From the NCBI GenBank assembly GCA_021162685.1, contig JAGGYF010000015.1, positions 1 to 49,951 on the forward strand: 49,951 nucleotides of DNA, read 5' to 3'. Both the position numbers and the translations under genes were made by a program. The notes under the pieces are model-generated. The model saw only the letters and a list, made by a program, of their open reading frames with translations. It did no database searches and was not told the DNA's origin. Source of the stretch: Candidatus Iainarchaeum sp. (GTDB lineage: Archaea; B1Sed10-29; WALL01). Position 1 is the first letter of the stretch, and each line of letters starts with the position of its first letter. Below are positions 1 through 9,671 of this stretch, piece by piece.

Positions 1-288
1 AAATACTTCCTAAACCTGACAACAAATGATTGGGACACAACACCAATCATGCACTCCATATCCATAACATACAAACCATTACTATCAAACCTCACATACA
101 CAGTAAATCTTGACAATGGCATACAATGGGTAGCTCTGAACAGAAGCGATGGCACACAAATAGCCAACGAAACTGTCTCAAACTGTAATACCTTCTACAC
201 AAACACAGAAGAGGTAAACACAGATTATACGTATACAATCATAGCAAAGGACTGCTCTGGAAACACTCACACAGAAAGTTATCCATAA
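1..288 (+). CDS. 3' end of a secreted/surface protein with an Ig-like C-terminus (partial, open from base 1)
   Basis: Frame 1 is open from base 1 (KYFLNLTTNDWDTTPIMHS...YTYTIIAKDCSGNTHTESYP*); Thr/Asn-rich with several N-x-S/T sequons. Confidence 0.6.
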   Translation, partial: KYFLNLTTNDWDTTPIMHSISITYKPLLSNLTYTVNLDNGIQWVALNRSDGTQIANETVSNCNTFYTNTEEVNTDYTYTIIAKDCSGNTHTESYP

Positions 289-389
289 TACTAATAATGG
301 GATCTTGTATCCCACCACGAACGCCCATATGTAATTTGGGCATAGCAAAGGACTGCTCTGGAAACGCTCATACGAGGAGTTATCCGTAA
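240..389 (+). repeat. Imperfect 49-bp direct repeat (240-288 and 341-389) duplicating the gene's 3' end
   Basis: catagcaaaggactgctctggaaac...agttatccRtaa appears twice, 42/49 identical; translates IAKDCSGNTHTESYP* vs IAKDCSGNAHTRSYP*. Confidence 0.9.
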
Positions 390-392
390 CTT

Positions 393-1397
393 TTATCCTA
401 TAGGTGATTTTTCAAAATCCCATGGTTCATACACAGGCCATTCCAAAACCTTCCAAGCCTTTACACTATATTTCTTCGCTATTTTTCTGGCTGTTTCAAC
501 ATCTGTTTCAATCCGTTTTTTCTTTCTGTTATAGTAAAGCCCCTCCTTTTTCGCTATCTCTTTATGCCCGTCTATCACTCCTTTTACAATCAACCCATAT
601 CTATTGACCTTTTCCCAGGGTTTCTTTATTACATTTGCCCTTCTTTTCAATCTCCTTGTCAGTTGGACACCATGTTTAACGAAAACAGAACAGAAGTGCG
701 CCTTTACGCCTCTCTTTTCAGCATATCTCAAAACTTTCAATGCAAGCTTCTTTGAACCAGTTACAGCATTTGTATATTCATCATGTTTCATTCCATGTCT
801 TTTCATTCGTTTCCAATTGGAGTCTGAGAATTCAAGTTCATTCAAATTCAGAAAGATATCCTTTTCTGCGCAAAAGTCAACAACCCTCTTAAGTCGCTTC
901 CAATCACCTGGAATAACAGGGATCTCAATACCAACATCCATGTTGGTTTTCAATGCTGGCTCTAACCATTCAAAATGTTCAAACACATGAAATCTTATCT
1001 CATCAAGCCCTGCTTGTTCAAGTTTTTCAACATTTTCTTCTGTTGCCAATTTTCCATATGTATATAGATGTATATGAAAGCGTTTTCCAAATGTACTCTT
1101 CAATAGTTCTATATAACGACACACTCTGTCCACAACCAATAGGGGTTCGCCGCCAGTTATTCCTGCGCCCAGTGCGTTCATCTCCTTTGCCTCTTTTATG
1201 ATGTCTCTATCGTTTCGTACAGGCCTTTCATTTGCATATACTACATCTTTTCCTGCTCTTTCCAATGATATAGGGCAGTACCAGCATTTTTCAGTACATC
1301 TACCTGTAACAAAGAGAACAAGTTTTGCTCCTCTATGACAAAGGATACATCCCTTTGGGAATCCATCTGTGAGTATTGCATGGTCTCTCTCGCGCAT
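393..1397 (-). CDS. Radical SAM protein, archaeal conserved family (PFL-activase-related)
   Basis: CTEKCWYC (CxxxCxxC), ITGGEPL, DEIRFH and N-terminal GCILC motifs. Confidence 0.85.
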   Translation of the reverse strand: MRERDHAILTDGFPKGCILCHRGAKLVLFVTGRCTEKCWYCPISLERAGKDVVYANERPVRNDRDIIKEAKEMNALGAGITGGEPLLVVDRVCRYIELLKSTFGKRFHIHLYTYGKLATEENVEKLEQAGLDEIRFHVFEHFEWLEPALKTNMDVGIEIPVIPGDWKRLKRVVDFCAEKDIFLNLNELEFSDSNWKRMKRHGMKHDEYTNAVTGSKKLALKVLRYAEKRGVKAHFCSVFVKHGVQLTRRLKRRANVIKKPWEKVNRYGLIVKGVIDGHKEIAKKEGLYYNRKKKRIETDVETARKIAKKYSVKAWKVLEWPVYEPWDFEKSPIG

Positions 1398-1430
1398 ACC
1401 TTTATTTAAAACATCTGTTATTAATTAACC

Positions 1431-2342
1431 ATGCGTGTCCGTAAGACAAGGAGAAACTGGGTTCTGTTTGCTTTGGTCATTGTGCTACTCTTCATCCTCC
1501 TATTTACTGGCTTCTTTCTAGCAGCATTACTTGGCATGGACTTTGAGGGGGGCAAAGTAGGAGTTGTGCCTATAAAAGGCCCGATAGTAAGCGAAACCTC
1601 TGAGAATGTATGGGGAACCCAAGTAGGTGCAAGGGACATCATAAAGCTTATAGAAGCAGCAGATAATGATGAAAGCGTTTCTGTTATCCTTCTTGATATA
1701 AACAGCGGCGGTGGCTCAATAGTTGCGAGCAAGGAGATAATGCGCGCAGTAAAAAGGGCAAAGAAGCCAGTTGTTGCCTACATCGGAGATGCTGGCGCAT
1801 CTGGTGCATATTACATCGCAAGCGCTGCAGACATAATTGTTGCTGATGAGGATTCTATTACAGGAAGTATAGGTGTTCTTGCGATGATTCCTAATTACAA
1901 AGAGCTTATGCAGAAGATAGGCCTGAATATGACTATATTGAAGGAAGGGAAGAACAAAGTGATGGGAAATCCATACGAGGAGATGACACCTGAACAGAGA
2001 CAGATATTCCAAAATATCCTAAAACAAGCATATGAAGAGTTTAAATCAACAGTGATTGAGAACAGAAGGGGAAAGATAACAGAAGAGGCATTTGATAGTA
2101 TTGCAGATGGAAGAATACTAAACGGAAGGCAGGCAAAAGAGTGTGGACTGATTGACTACACAGGTTCAAGGGACCTTGCGCTCCGAAAAGCAGCAGGGTT
2201 AGGCAACATAGAAGGAAGACCAAAAGAGAAACTATTTGAGAAGAAGATAAGTCCGCTTTCATCAATACTTGGTGAGGCAGGATATGCATTTGGAAAAGGC
2301 ATGTTAAATGCAATACAGCAAGACGTGGTGGTGAGGGCATGA
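1431..2342 (+). CDS. sppA: Signal peptide peptidase SppA (S49 family)
   Basis: N-terminal TM; INSGGG, GASGAYYIA, TGSIGV, DGRILNGRQAK motifs. Confidence 0.93.
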   Translation: MRVRKTRRNWVLFALVIVLLFILLFTGFFLAALLGMDFEGGKVGVVPIKGPIVSETSENVWGTQVGARDIIKLIEAADNDESVSVILLDINSGGGSIVASKEIMRAVKRAKKPVVAYIGDAGASGAYYIASAADIIVADEDSITGSIGVLAMIPNYKELMQKIGLNMTILKEGKNKVMGNPYEEMTPEQRQIFQNILKQAYEEFKSTVIENRRGKITEEAFDSIADGRILNGRQAKECGLIDYTGSRDLALRKAAGLGNIEGRPKEKLFEKKISPLSSILGEAGYAFGKGMLNAIQQDVVVRA

Positions 2343-2911
2343 AACAAAAGGTAAAAAACATATTCAAAGCATTTTTTACTGGCTTCCTAACAGTTTCTAT
2401 CCTCCTCCTTCTAATGCACATTGTCGCACCAACATTAGGTATAAGATATATAACAACATTCACATCCACGTTTAATCTAAGTGTACCTCAATCTGGTAGA
2501 GTTCTCTATTTTTCACTAATGACACCAATCCTTGTTGGTGTGTTGTTTGCAATTGTTCAGTTTTTTGAGGATTACGAAGGACATTTATCTAGACAATACA
2601 GAAAGGTCGTGAAAACAAAAGAAACAGAGGAATTTATCGCAATTGTTCAGAATACATTATGGGGAACAGCAATTGGATTCTTCACAACGATGGTACTCTT
2701 CATATACCTGATGGGAAAACAGGGAACGTATACCATCCCCTATATTATAACAGTTACATCATCTGGGGGATTTGTTTCTGGTTCAACAACAATCATTTCT
2801 ATTTGCACTATTCTTGGTTTATTATATGGGTTATGGCAAGCAGTTAGGATAAGCAAACATAAGGGGAAGGGCAGGCATGTTAGAAAAACTCGTGTTACCA
2901 AAAAGACTTGA
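2339..2911 (+). CDS. Hypothetical membrane protein (about 4 TM)
   Basis: Four hydrophobic segments; ATGA overlap with sppA stop. Confidence 0.65.
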   Translation: MKQKVKNIFKAFFTGFLTVSILLLLMHIVAPTLGIRYITTFTSTFNLSVPQSGRVLYFSLMTPILVGVLFAIVQFFEDYEGHLSRQYRKVVKTKETEEFIAIVQNTLWGTAIGFFTTMVLFIYLMGKQGTYTIPYIITVTSSGGFVSGSTTIISICTILGLLYGLWQAVRISKHKGKGRHVRKTRVTKKT

Positions 2912-3088
2912 GAAAACATGTGACGAGGGTATTGAAAAAAGGAAACATTGAAGTAATTATCAAAAACATAGAACAATTGAGGAAATCTGGTATTTTTACA
3001 GAGCAACATGAAAAGCTACTCTCAAGAATATCTCGGAAATCCACAACCAAATAGTGTTTTATTAGATGAGGTACACAATATAATCCCT

Positions 3089-4090
3089 ATGTGGTCTCGC
3101 GAGGAGCTTCAGTTTTGCGTAAAATATCCTTACTCTAGTAGAACAAAGGAGATAGTGCGATGGTTAAATTTTGACCTAGAATCTCTTGACCCACAGGTAC
3201 TTGAAAGAGCATTGCAGAGGGCAAAAGAAGGCATAGAGATAGGCGTGATAAATCCAGAGGTTGCATCACGCTCACAGAAGATATTACTTGTAGAAATTCT
3301 CTCATACCCTGTTGCTAAAATCATTGTTTCATTGACAAAGGACAACTATCTTATAAATAGATATGCACATGCAGAGGCGAATACAGCAAGAAGATTTCTA
3401 TACAGAGATGACAACGGTGTAGTAGATGGGATTGCAACAGATGTTGGAATAAACATGCACAACAGAAGTGTGTTCTTTGTTGATTACCTAAATAACATTC
3501 CACTACAAGAACAATTCAAACTTGTAAATGCACCATTGGATAAAGGCAGGGTCACACTAACAAGGGAATCTGAGATAGAGATGATTGCTGAGGTACTACG
3601 AAATAATATTATACGTGACTTAAAGAAGCGATATGATATTCCTTCTATTTATTCAACCTATGCAAAAGAACTTAAACAGGGAGTAAGTGCAGAGAAGGCA
3701 GTAATCAGCGATGAGGACCTTGGTCCAGTAGATGCATCTTTGTTCCCCCCCTGTATAAAGGCATTGCTCTCTCGCGCACGTGCAGGCGAAAACATGGCTC
3801 ACCAACCGAGATTTGTTTTGGCCACCTTCTTAACTTCTATTAACATGCCAATAGACCAAATCATTTCAGTTTTCAGGAACATGCCAAATTTCAATGAAAA
3901 GAAGACAAGATATTACATAGAATATTCTGCTGGAAAGCGAGGTTCTGGTGTAAAATACTCTCCTCCTGCATGTGAGAAAATGAAATACTATGGACTGTGC
4001 GTTAATCCAGATGCACTATGCTCAAAAGTAAAACATCCATTGAGCTATTACGCAGCCAAGAAAAAGGGTAAGAGATATGCAAAGCATTGA
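3089..4090 (+). CDS. priL: DNA primase large subunit (start likely ATG 3089; ORF open from 3008)
   Basis: KYPY N-terminal motif; FPPCI, H..RF.LATFL, PNFNEKKTRY, YSPPACEKM..YGLC Fe-S domain with four Cys. Confidence 0.92.
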   Translation: MWSREELQFCVKYPYSSRTKEIVRWLNFDLESLDPQVLERALQRAKEGIEIGVINPEVASRSQKILLVEILSYPVAKIIVSLTKDNYLINRYAHAEANTARRFLYRDDNGVVDGIATDVGINMHNRSVFFVDYLNNIPLQEQFKLVNAPLDKGRVTLTRESEIEMIAEVLRNNIIRDLKKRYDIPSIYSTYAKELKQGVSAEKAVISDEDLGPVDASLFPPCIKALLSRARAGENMAHQPRFVLATFLTSINMPIDQIISVFRNMPNFNEKKTRYYIEYSAGKRGSGVKYSPPACEKMKYYGLCVNPDALCSKVKHPLSYYAAKKKGKRYAKH

Positions 4091-5195
4091 TTTTATAAGA
4101 AGGGCATTAACAGAATGGTATCAAAAACATACTGTTAAGGCTCCTCCCCAAATAGAAAGAAGGGAGTTTGGTGCAGGTGTAGACAAAAAGATAGATTTCA
4201 GACACTTGAAGTTTAGGGACGAGCAATCCTTAAACATGTATATAAGAACATCCTCCCCACTCTATATCTCATATTCTGCAGCATACTACGAATTCCCAGA
4301 TGGCAGGCCAATGGAAAAAAAGAACTGGTTAGGTGCAGACCTTGTTTTTGACCTTGATGCAGATGAGTATGAAACACCATGCACACACCCGAATGATTTA
4401 GTGTGTGAGATATGTATGGACAGGGTTAAACAAGAAGCAATAAAACTCATTGAAGAGTACCTTATACCTGATTTTGGCTTCAATAAAAACGACCTCTACA
4501 TTGTCTTTTCTGGGAATAGAGGGTACCACATACACATACGGAACGAGGAGGTACACCCACTTTCGCAAAATGGCAGGAAGGAAGTGGTTGATTATCTGAC
4601 AGCAAATGGGCTGGAACCGCAGTACCTTGGTTTGGTGGAGATGGGCAAGAGAATCTATGGACCAAAACTTGATAGCAAGGGATGGGCAGGAAAAATAGTA
4701 AGCGAAATATATAGCATACTCAGCAGTGATGATAAAAAGTTTATAGCAAAACAGTTGGGGATACCATCAAAAACTGCTGAGAGAATCATAAATGAAAAGG
4801 ATTTTATTCTTGAAGGCATAAAACATGGAGAGTGGTATAGGGCAGGTATACCAAAAAAGACATGGGAAAAAGCATTCAAAATCATTGCGATGAAAAAGGC
4901 AGCAGGAATTGACAAAAATGTCACGATTGACGTTTCAAGACTTATGCGTGTTCCTACATCCATACATGGTTCAACAGGATTACAGGCAGCTGAGATAAAA
5001 AACATTGATACGTTTGATGTGTTTAAAGACCCTGTTGTACTACCAGATGACCCAGTGACTGTTGTTGGAATAAAAAACATTGATTTCGTTCTCGCAGACC
5101 AGACATTTGAAATAAAAAATAACTTAAAGATTGAACTTCCAAAATATGCAGCAGTATATGCATGTGGAAAGGATATGGCAAAAGTGATTGAATGA
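4077..5195 (+). CDS. priS: DNA primase catalytic (small) subunit
   Basis: RREFG, ADLVFDLDAD, FSGNRGYHIH, IDKNVTIDVSRLMRVPTSIHG motifs. Confidence 0.96.
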   Translation: MQSIDFIRRALTEWYQKHTVKAPPQIERREFGAGVDKKIDFRHLKFRDEQSLNMYIRTSSPLYISYSAAYYEFPDGRPMEKKNWLGADLVFDLDADEYETPCTHPNDLVCEICMDRVKQEAIKLIEEYLIPDFGFNKNDLYIVFSGNRGYHIHIRNEEVHPLSQNGRKEVVDYLTANGLEPQYLGLVEMGKRIYGPKLDSKGWAGKIVSEIYSILSSDDKKFIAKQLGIPSKTAERIINEKDFILEGIKHGEWYRAGIPKKTWEKAFKIIAMKKAAGIDKNVTIDVSRLMRVPTSIHGSTGLQAAEIKNIDTFDVFKDPVVLPDDPVTVVGIKNIDFVLADQTFEIKNNLKIELPKYAAVYACGKDMAKVIE

Positions 5196-5761
5196 ATTAC
5201 GAAGAGATACGGAACATCCAAAGAAAAGAGCAAAACTCCTCACGCATTGTTGAGATAGATAGCAATTTCTATCAGCGTCTAGCTGATTTTGTCAAAGAAA
5301 AAACAGAGGCATATAAAAAAACTCAGGATCCAACAGAGTTCAGAGAGCTTGAGAATGTTGTAAAGCTTGCAAGGAGGGTTTTTGATTCAAGAGAGCAGAA
5401 GATAGTCATGAAAGCCCTCAGATCTGTTCGCATGAAGGAGTACGACGACAAAACAATGACTCCTGAAGAGAAGGAGATATATGCCGCGCTTGTAAATGTG
5501 CTAAAAAAACATAGAAAGTTCTTTGAGGGCGTTTTGATTGGTAATTACCAGTTCAATGGCCAAAAAAAGCAAGGAGATAGCACAACGCTTATAAATGGGG
5601 AGAATAATAACATACTGCTTGTCAGGATACGTAAATCTGTGCCGCGTTTTGTTGGCGCGGACTCAAAGGAGTACGGTCCTTTCAAAGCAAACGATATTGT
5701 AAAACTCCCAAAAAGGGAGGCCGACCTTCTAAAGGATCAAGGTTTGGCAGAGGTTGTTTGA
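5192..5761 (+). CDS. GINS complex subunit (Gins51-type)
   Basis: Helical A-domain plus C-terminal PRFVGADSKEYGPF...LP..EA..L...G B-domain; conserved position after priS. Confidence 0.85.
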   Translation: MNYEEIRNIQRKEQNSSRIVEIDSNFYQRLADFVKEKTEAYKKTQDPTEFRELENVVKLARRVFDSREQKIVMKALRSVRMKEYDDKTMTPEEKEIYAALVNVLKKHRKFFEGVLIGNYQFNGQKKQGDSTTLINGENNNILLVRIRKSVPRFVGADSKEYGPFKANDIVKLPKREADLLKDQGLAEVV

Positions 5762-5773
5762 TAGGGTGAGAGT

Positions 5774-6058
5774 ATGCAGATGCCAGATGAGATCAATACA
5801 TACTGTCCGTATTGCAGAAAGAAAACAAAACATAAAGTAAAGTTGTACAAGAAGGGAAAGGTTAGAACACTCGCAGAAGGGCAGAGGAAACACCTTGCAA
5901 AGGGAAAAGGGTACACAAGTAAGATTGCAGGAAAGGTTACAGTGTATAAACAGGCAAAACACCAGACTGTTGTGCTAACATGTACAGTCTGTAAGAAAAA
6001 GCATACAAAAACAATTGGTTCCAGGACAAAAAAGACACTTGAATTAAAGAAGAGGTGA
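5774..6058 (+). CDS. rpl44e: 50S ribosomal protein L44e
   Basis: TYCPYCRKKTKHKV, CTVC zinc ribbon; operon context. Confidence 0.95.
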   Translation: MQMPDEINTYCPYCRKKTKHKVKLYKKGKVRTLAEGQRKHLAKGKGYTSKIAGKVTVYKQAKHQTVVLTCTVCKKKHTKTIGSRTKKTLELKKR

Positions 6059-6063
6059 GGCCT

Positions 6064-6237
6064 ATGCTGACAAGGACAAAATTTATACGAGTGAAGTGTA
6101 GCGAGTGCGGTTCAGAACAGAATACATTCAGTTCTGCAAGTATGAAGGTAAAGTGTAAAACATGTGGAAAAATTTTAGTAGAACCTACTGGTGGAAAAGC
6201 AAAGATTAAGGATAAGATAGTGAAGGTGTTGTCTTGA
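6064..6237 (+). CDS. rps27e: 30S ribosomal protein S27e
   Basis: KFIRVKCSECGSEQ...VKCKTCGKILVEPTGGKA; GAGGTGA SD before ATG 6064. Confidence 0.96.
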   Translation: MLTRTKFIRVKCSECGSEQNTFSSASMKVKCKTCGKILVEPTGGKAKIKDKIVKVLS

Positions 6238-7004
6238 AGAGAGAAGAGTTCCCTGTTGTAGGAGAACTTGTGGTTGTCAAAATAAAAAACATAAAAAATT
6301 ACGGAGCATTTGTTGAGCTTATAGAATACGGAAAAGACGGATTCATACATGTTTCAAATATCGCAAGTGGATGGGTAAAAAACATAAGAAGTCATGTAAA
6401 TGAAGGACAGATAAGAGTTGCTGCAGTTGTGAATGTAGACCCTAAAAAGAATTTAATTGATGTATCGCTTAGGAAGGTCTCATCCAGTCAAGAGAAAAGG
6501 AAGATACAGGAGTGGAAAAGAGCAAAGAAGGCAGAGAAGCTATTGGAGAGGGTTGCACGCAAATTAAAAGTTCCAATGGAAAAGGCATGGAAGGAAGTAG
6601 GATGGCCATTGGAGGATGCATTTGGTGATCTATTTGCGGCATTTGAGGCAGCAAGTGCTGATGGAATGGATGCGTTTAAAGGCCTAAAAATCCCAAAAAA
6701 ATGGACAGAGGAGATTGTTAAGGTAGCAAAGGAGAGTGTGTCACCACCAACTGTGACAATAAGGGGAAAACTAAAAATGAAATTCTACTGCTCAGATGGT
6801 TTGGATAAGATAAAACAAACAATCAAGAAGATATCCTCAAAAAATGTAAATGTTTCATATCTTGGCGCACCTGATTATATGATAACAGTAACTGCCATGG
6901 ATTATCCAACTGCTGAGAAGCAACTCAAAGAGATCATAAAGATTGCTGAAACAGAGGCAAAAAAGAATGATGGTGAGGTAAGTTTTGAGAGGCTAGAAAA
7001 ATGA
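6234..7004 (+). CDS. eif2a: Translation initiation factor aIF2 alpha
   Basis: S1 domain (GELVVVKI, YGAFVEL, HVSNIASGWVKNIR), YLGAPDY; TTG start overlapping the rps27e stop. Confidence 0.95.
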   Translation: MKREEFPVVGELVVVKIKNIKNYGAFVELIEYGKDGFIHVSNIASGWVKNIRSHVNEGQIRVAAVVNVDPKKNLIDVSLRKVSSSQEKRKIQEWKRAKKAEKLLERVARKLKVPMEKAWKEVGWPLEDAFGDLFAAFEAASADGMDAFKGLKIPKKWTEEIVKVAKESVSPPTVTIRGKLKMKFYCSDGLDKIKQTIKKISSKNVNVSYLGAPDYMITVTAMDYPTAEKQLKEIIKIAETEAKKNDGEVSFERLEK

Positions 7005-7150
7005 AAAGATTGCGGTACTGCGATGTATGTAACAGTTACACAATGAAAGAGATTCACTGTAATAAACCAACGAGGTCTGCATACCCAGCAAAGTTTTCAC
7101 CAGAGGATAAATGGGCAAAATACAGAAAGAAAGCAAGGGGATTAGCATGA
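7001..7150 (+). CDS. nop10: H/ACA RNP protein Nop10 (49 aa; below the ORF track cutoff)
   Basis: MKRLRYCDVCNSYTMKEIHCNKPTRSAYPAKFSPEDKWAKYRKKARGLA*; PAKFSPEDK.A.YR signature; canonical position. Confidence 0.93.
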   Translation: MKRLRYCDVCNSYTMKEIHCNKPTRSAYPAKFSPEDKWAKYRKKARGLA

Positions 7151-7920
7151 TGGAAACAGAAGTCATTATTGAAAGGGAGATAAGATTGGATAAACCTATA
7201 CTTATAGAAGGTTTGCCTGGTTTGGGCTTAGTTGGAAAGATTGCAGCAGAGCATATGCTTACTGAGTTAAATGCAGAACGATTTGGAACGTTGTATTCAC
7301 CGCATTTTCCACCACAAGTAATCATTGAGGATGATGGCGTTGTCAGGATGATGCGAAACGAATTTTATTATTGGACAGCTGAGAATGAAAACCAACATGA
7401 TTTAATATTTATTGTGGGTGACCACCAAGGGCAAACACCAGATTCACATTATGAACTTGTTGGGAAGATTTTAGATGTTTCACAGATGTATAATACAAAA
7501 ATGATATATACTTTGGGAGGATATGGCACAGGCAGATTACCAAGACATCCAAAGGTCTTTGGCGCTGTAAACGATAAATCATTAATAAAACCATTGAAAG
7601 AAGCAGGCGTTTCATTTGAGAAAACTGGCGGCGCAATAGTCGGTGCTGCTGGCCTACTTTTGGGGCAAGGGAAGCTGAGAGGAATAAAAGGCGCATGCCT
7701 CATGGGAGAAACACATGGCCAGATCATAGATGCCAGGTCTGCAAAGGCAGTACTTGAAATCCTATGCAAACTTCTCAATTTAAGCATAGACCTAACAAAA
7801 CTTGAGAAAAAGGCAAAGGAAACAGAGAAGATGCTTGAGAAGGCAATGAAGGCTGAGCAGCAACAACAGCAGATTATGAAACCACTACCCATTGGGGAAG
7901 GACCTACCTACATAAGATAA
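7147..7920 (+). CDS. Proteasome assembly chaperone family protein (PAC2/PbaA-like)
   Basis: LIEGLPGLGLVGKIA, YSPHFPPQV, IVGAAGLLL, CLMGETHG motifs; follows nop10. Confidence 0.9.
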   Translation: MMETEVIIEREIRLDKPILIEGLPGLGLVGKIAAEHMLTELNAERFGTLYSPHFPPQVIIEDDGVVRMMRNEFYYWTAENENQHDLIFIVGDHQGQTPDSHYELVGKILDVSQMYNTKMIYTLGGYGTGRLPRHPKVFGAVNDKSLIKPLKEAGVSFEKTGGAIVGAAGLLLGQGKLRGIKGACLMGETHGQIIDARSAKAVLEILCKLLNLSIDLTKLEKKAKETEKMLEKAMKAEQQQQQIMKPLPIGEGPTYIR

Positions 7921-8267
7921 TTTGTTTCTTCTTCATCTAATCTCTGGAAGAGTTTCCAAAGTTTATCCGATTTTTTATTGTATTCTTCTTCTATCCTTTC
8001 TCTCTCTTTCACTATCTTCTCAAGCTTTTCTTTATCTTTTTCATCAAGTTTCATCAGGACGATTTTTGATGTCAGCTCCTCCCTCTTTTCGCTCATCTCT
8101 CTGAGTTCCTTAAATTTATCAGCCAGATACCGCAACGTTTTTGGAGGATAAGTGCATTGTCCATAAAGAAGTGATGAGCACATCATAGATACTGGGTCAC
8201 TTTTTTGTTCTGAAAATTCCTTTTTCTCAGCAAGATTCTTCATGAACACGTGATGCAAGCGCATCAC
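7908..8267 (-). CDS. Hypothetical charged helical protein; preceded by a coupled 36-aa ORF at 8374-8264
   Basis: E/K-rich coiled-coil ORF; upstream MPEIERRLLEKK...ETL* stop overlaps its GTG. Confidence 0.45.
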   Translation of the reverse strand: MMRLHHVFMKNLAEKKEFSEQKSDPVSMMCSSLLYGQCTYPPKTLRYLADKFKELREMSEKREELTSKIVLMKLDEKDKEKLEKIVKERERIEEEYNKKSDKLWKLFQRLDEEETNYLM

Positions 8268-8426
8268 AAAGTTTCTCTACCAGTACTCTCCAATTCTTCC
8301 AAAAATCGTTTTGTAGTTCTAAATACCTCTTCCCTCTTCTTTTTCTCCAACAATCTCCTCTCAATTTCAGGCATGTGCTATACAAAGCATTATCTCTTTA
8401 AATAACCTCACGCAAAATTAGATAAT

Positions 8427-9671
8427 ATGCAGATTGTCGCAGATTTTCATATCCACTCAAAGTATTCCAGAGCAACATCCAAAAAGATGAATGTTGTTGA
8501 CCTAGCATTAGCTGCAAAAGAAAAAGGGATAAATCTTCTCGGCACTGGAGATTTTACTCATCCACTATACCTCAAAGAACTGAAACAAAACCTGCAAGAA
8601 AAAGGAAACGGAATATACGAATGCAATGGGATGAATTTTGTTCTTTCTGTTGAGCTCTCAAGTATATACAAACAGGGAAATAAACTCAGAAAGATCCATC
8701 AGGTCATATTGGCTCCCTCCTTTGAAGTCGTTGACCAGATAAACGATAAACTCAGTAAGCATGGTAGATTAGACTATGACGGAAGACCTATCTTCGGACT
8801 ATCTGCCCCTGAAATTGTTGATCTGGTTATGGAAACAGACAAAGATTGTTTTATATTTCCGGCACACATCTGGACTCCATGGTTTTCACTATTTGGAAGC
8901 AATTCGGGATTTGATTCAATTAAGGAGTGTTACCAAGATACACTGAAACACATACATGCATTAGAGACTGGCTTATCCAGCGACCCACCTATGAATTGGA
9001 GATTATCCCAGTTAGACCCATTTACTTTGGTTTCATTTTCCGATTCTCACTCTCCATACTCATGGCGTTTGGGTAGGGAAGCAACGGTTTTTGATACTCA
9101 GATGAGTTATTTTGAGATCATTGATGCGCTGAGAAAAAAGGATCCAGAACGGGTAAAGTTTACTATTGAAGTAGATCCTGCTTATGGTAAATACCACTGG
9201 GACGGTCATAGAAATTGTAATGTCTCTTTATCACCAAAAGAAACAAGAAAGTACAATGGTATATGTCCTGTCTGCCACAAGCCTTTAACCTTGGGCGTGG
9301 AATATAGAGTGGAACAACTTGCGGATAGGCCAGAAGGGTTTGTGCCAGAGAATGCTATTCCATTTAAACGTTTGCTTCCACTAGCAGAAATACTATCCGC
9401 TATTATGAAAAGAGGCATAGCAACAGCATCTGTTATGAGGGAATATAACAATCTTGTAAAAGGAACCACTGAACTTGATGTGCTTTTGAATATGTCTCCC
9501 TATGAACTATTGGAGAGAACAAATAGAAAGATTGCAGAGGCAGTTATGAAAAACAGAGAGGGCAAAATAAAGATAAGACCAGGATACGATGGCGTCTATG
9601 GAACTATACTCTTTGATAATACTGTTGAAAAAGAGCAGAAACATACCCAAAAAACGCTTGGTGAGTTTTGA
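8427..9671 (+). CDS. Endonuclease Q family protein (PHP domain + Zn finger)
   Basis: DFHIHSKYS, GTGDFTHP, PAHIWTPWFS, ETGLSSD, SDSHS, GKYHWDGHRNC, CPVC, GYDGVYG. Confidence 0.9.
   Translation: MQIVADFHIHSKYSRATSKKMNVVDLALAAKEKGINLLGTGDFTHPLYLKELKQNLQEKGNGIYECNGMNFVLSVELSSIYKQGNKLRKIHQVILAPSFEVVDQINDKLSKHGRLDYDGRPIFGLSAPEIVDLVMETDKDCFIFPAHIWTPWFSLFGSNSGFDSIKECYQDTLKHIHALETGLSSDPPMNWRLSQLDPFTLVSFSDSHSPYSWRLGREATVFDTQMSYFEIIDALRKKDPERVKFTIEVDPAYGKYHWDGHRNCNVSLSPKETRKYNGICPVCHKPLTLGVEYRVEQLADRPEGFVPENAIPFKRLLPLAEILSAIMKRGIATASVMREYNNLVKGTTELDVLLNMSPYELLERTNRKIAEAVMKNREGKIKIRPGYDGVYGTILFDNTVEKEQKHTQKTLGEF

Noticed and set aside
240-389. DGR VR/TR pair at the 3' end of the surface gene
   Set aside because: The adenines at mismatched sites are mostly in the coding copy, the reverse of the DGR pattern; several changes are synonymous; no RT is present
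2877-3054. Two short overlapping frames (MLEKLVLPKR...; ...KGNIEVIIKNIEQLRK...) that could be one broken gene
   Set aside because: Too short and no recognisable motif
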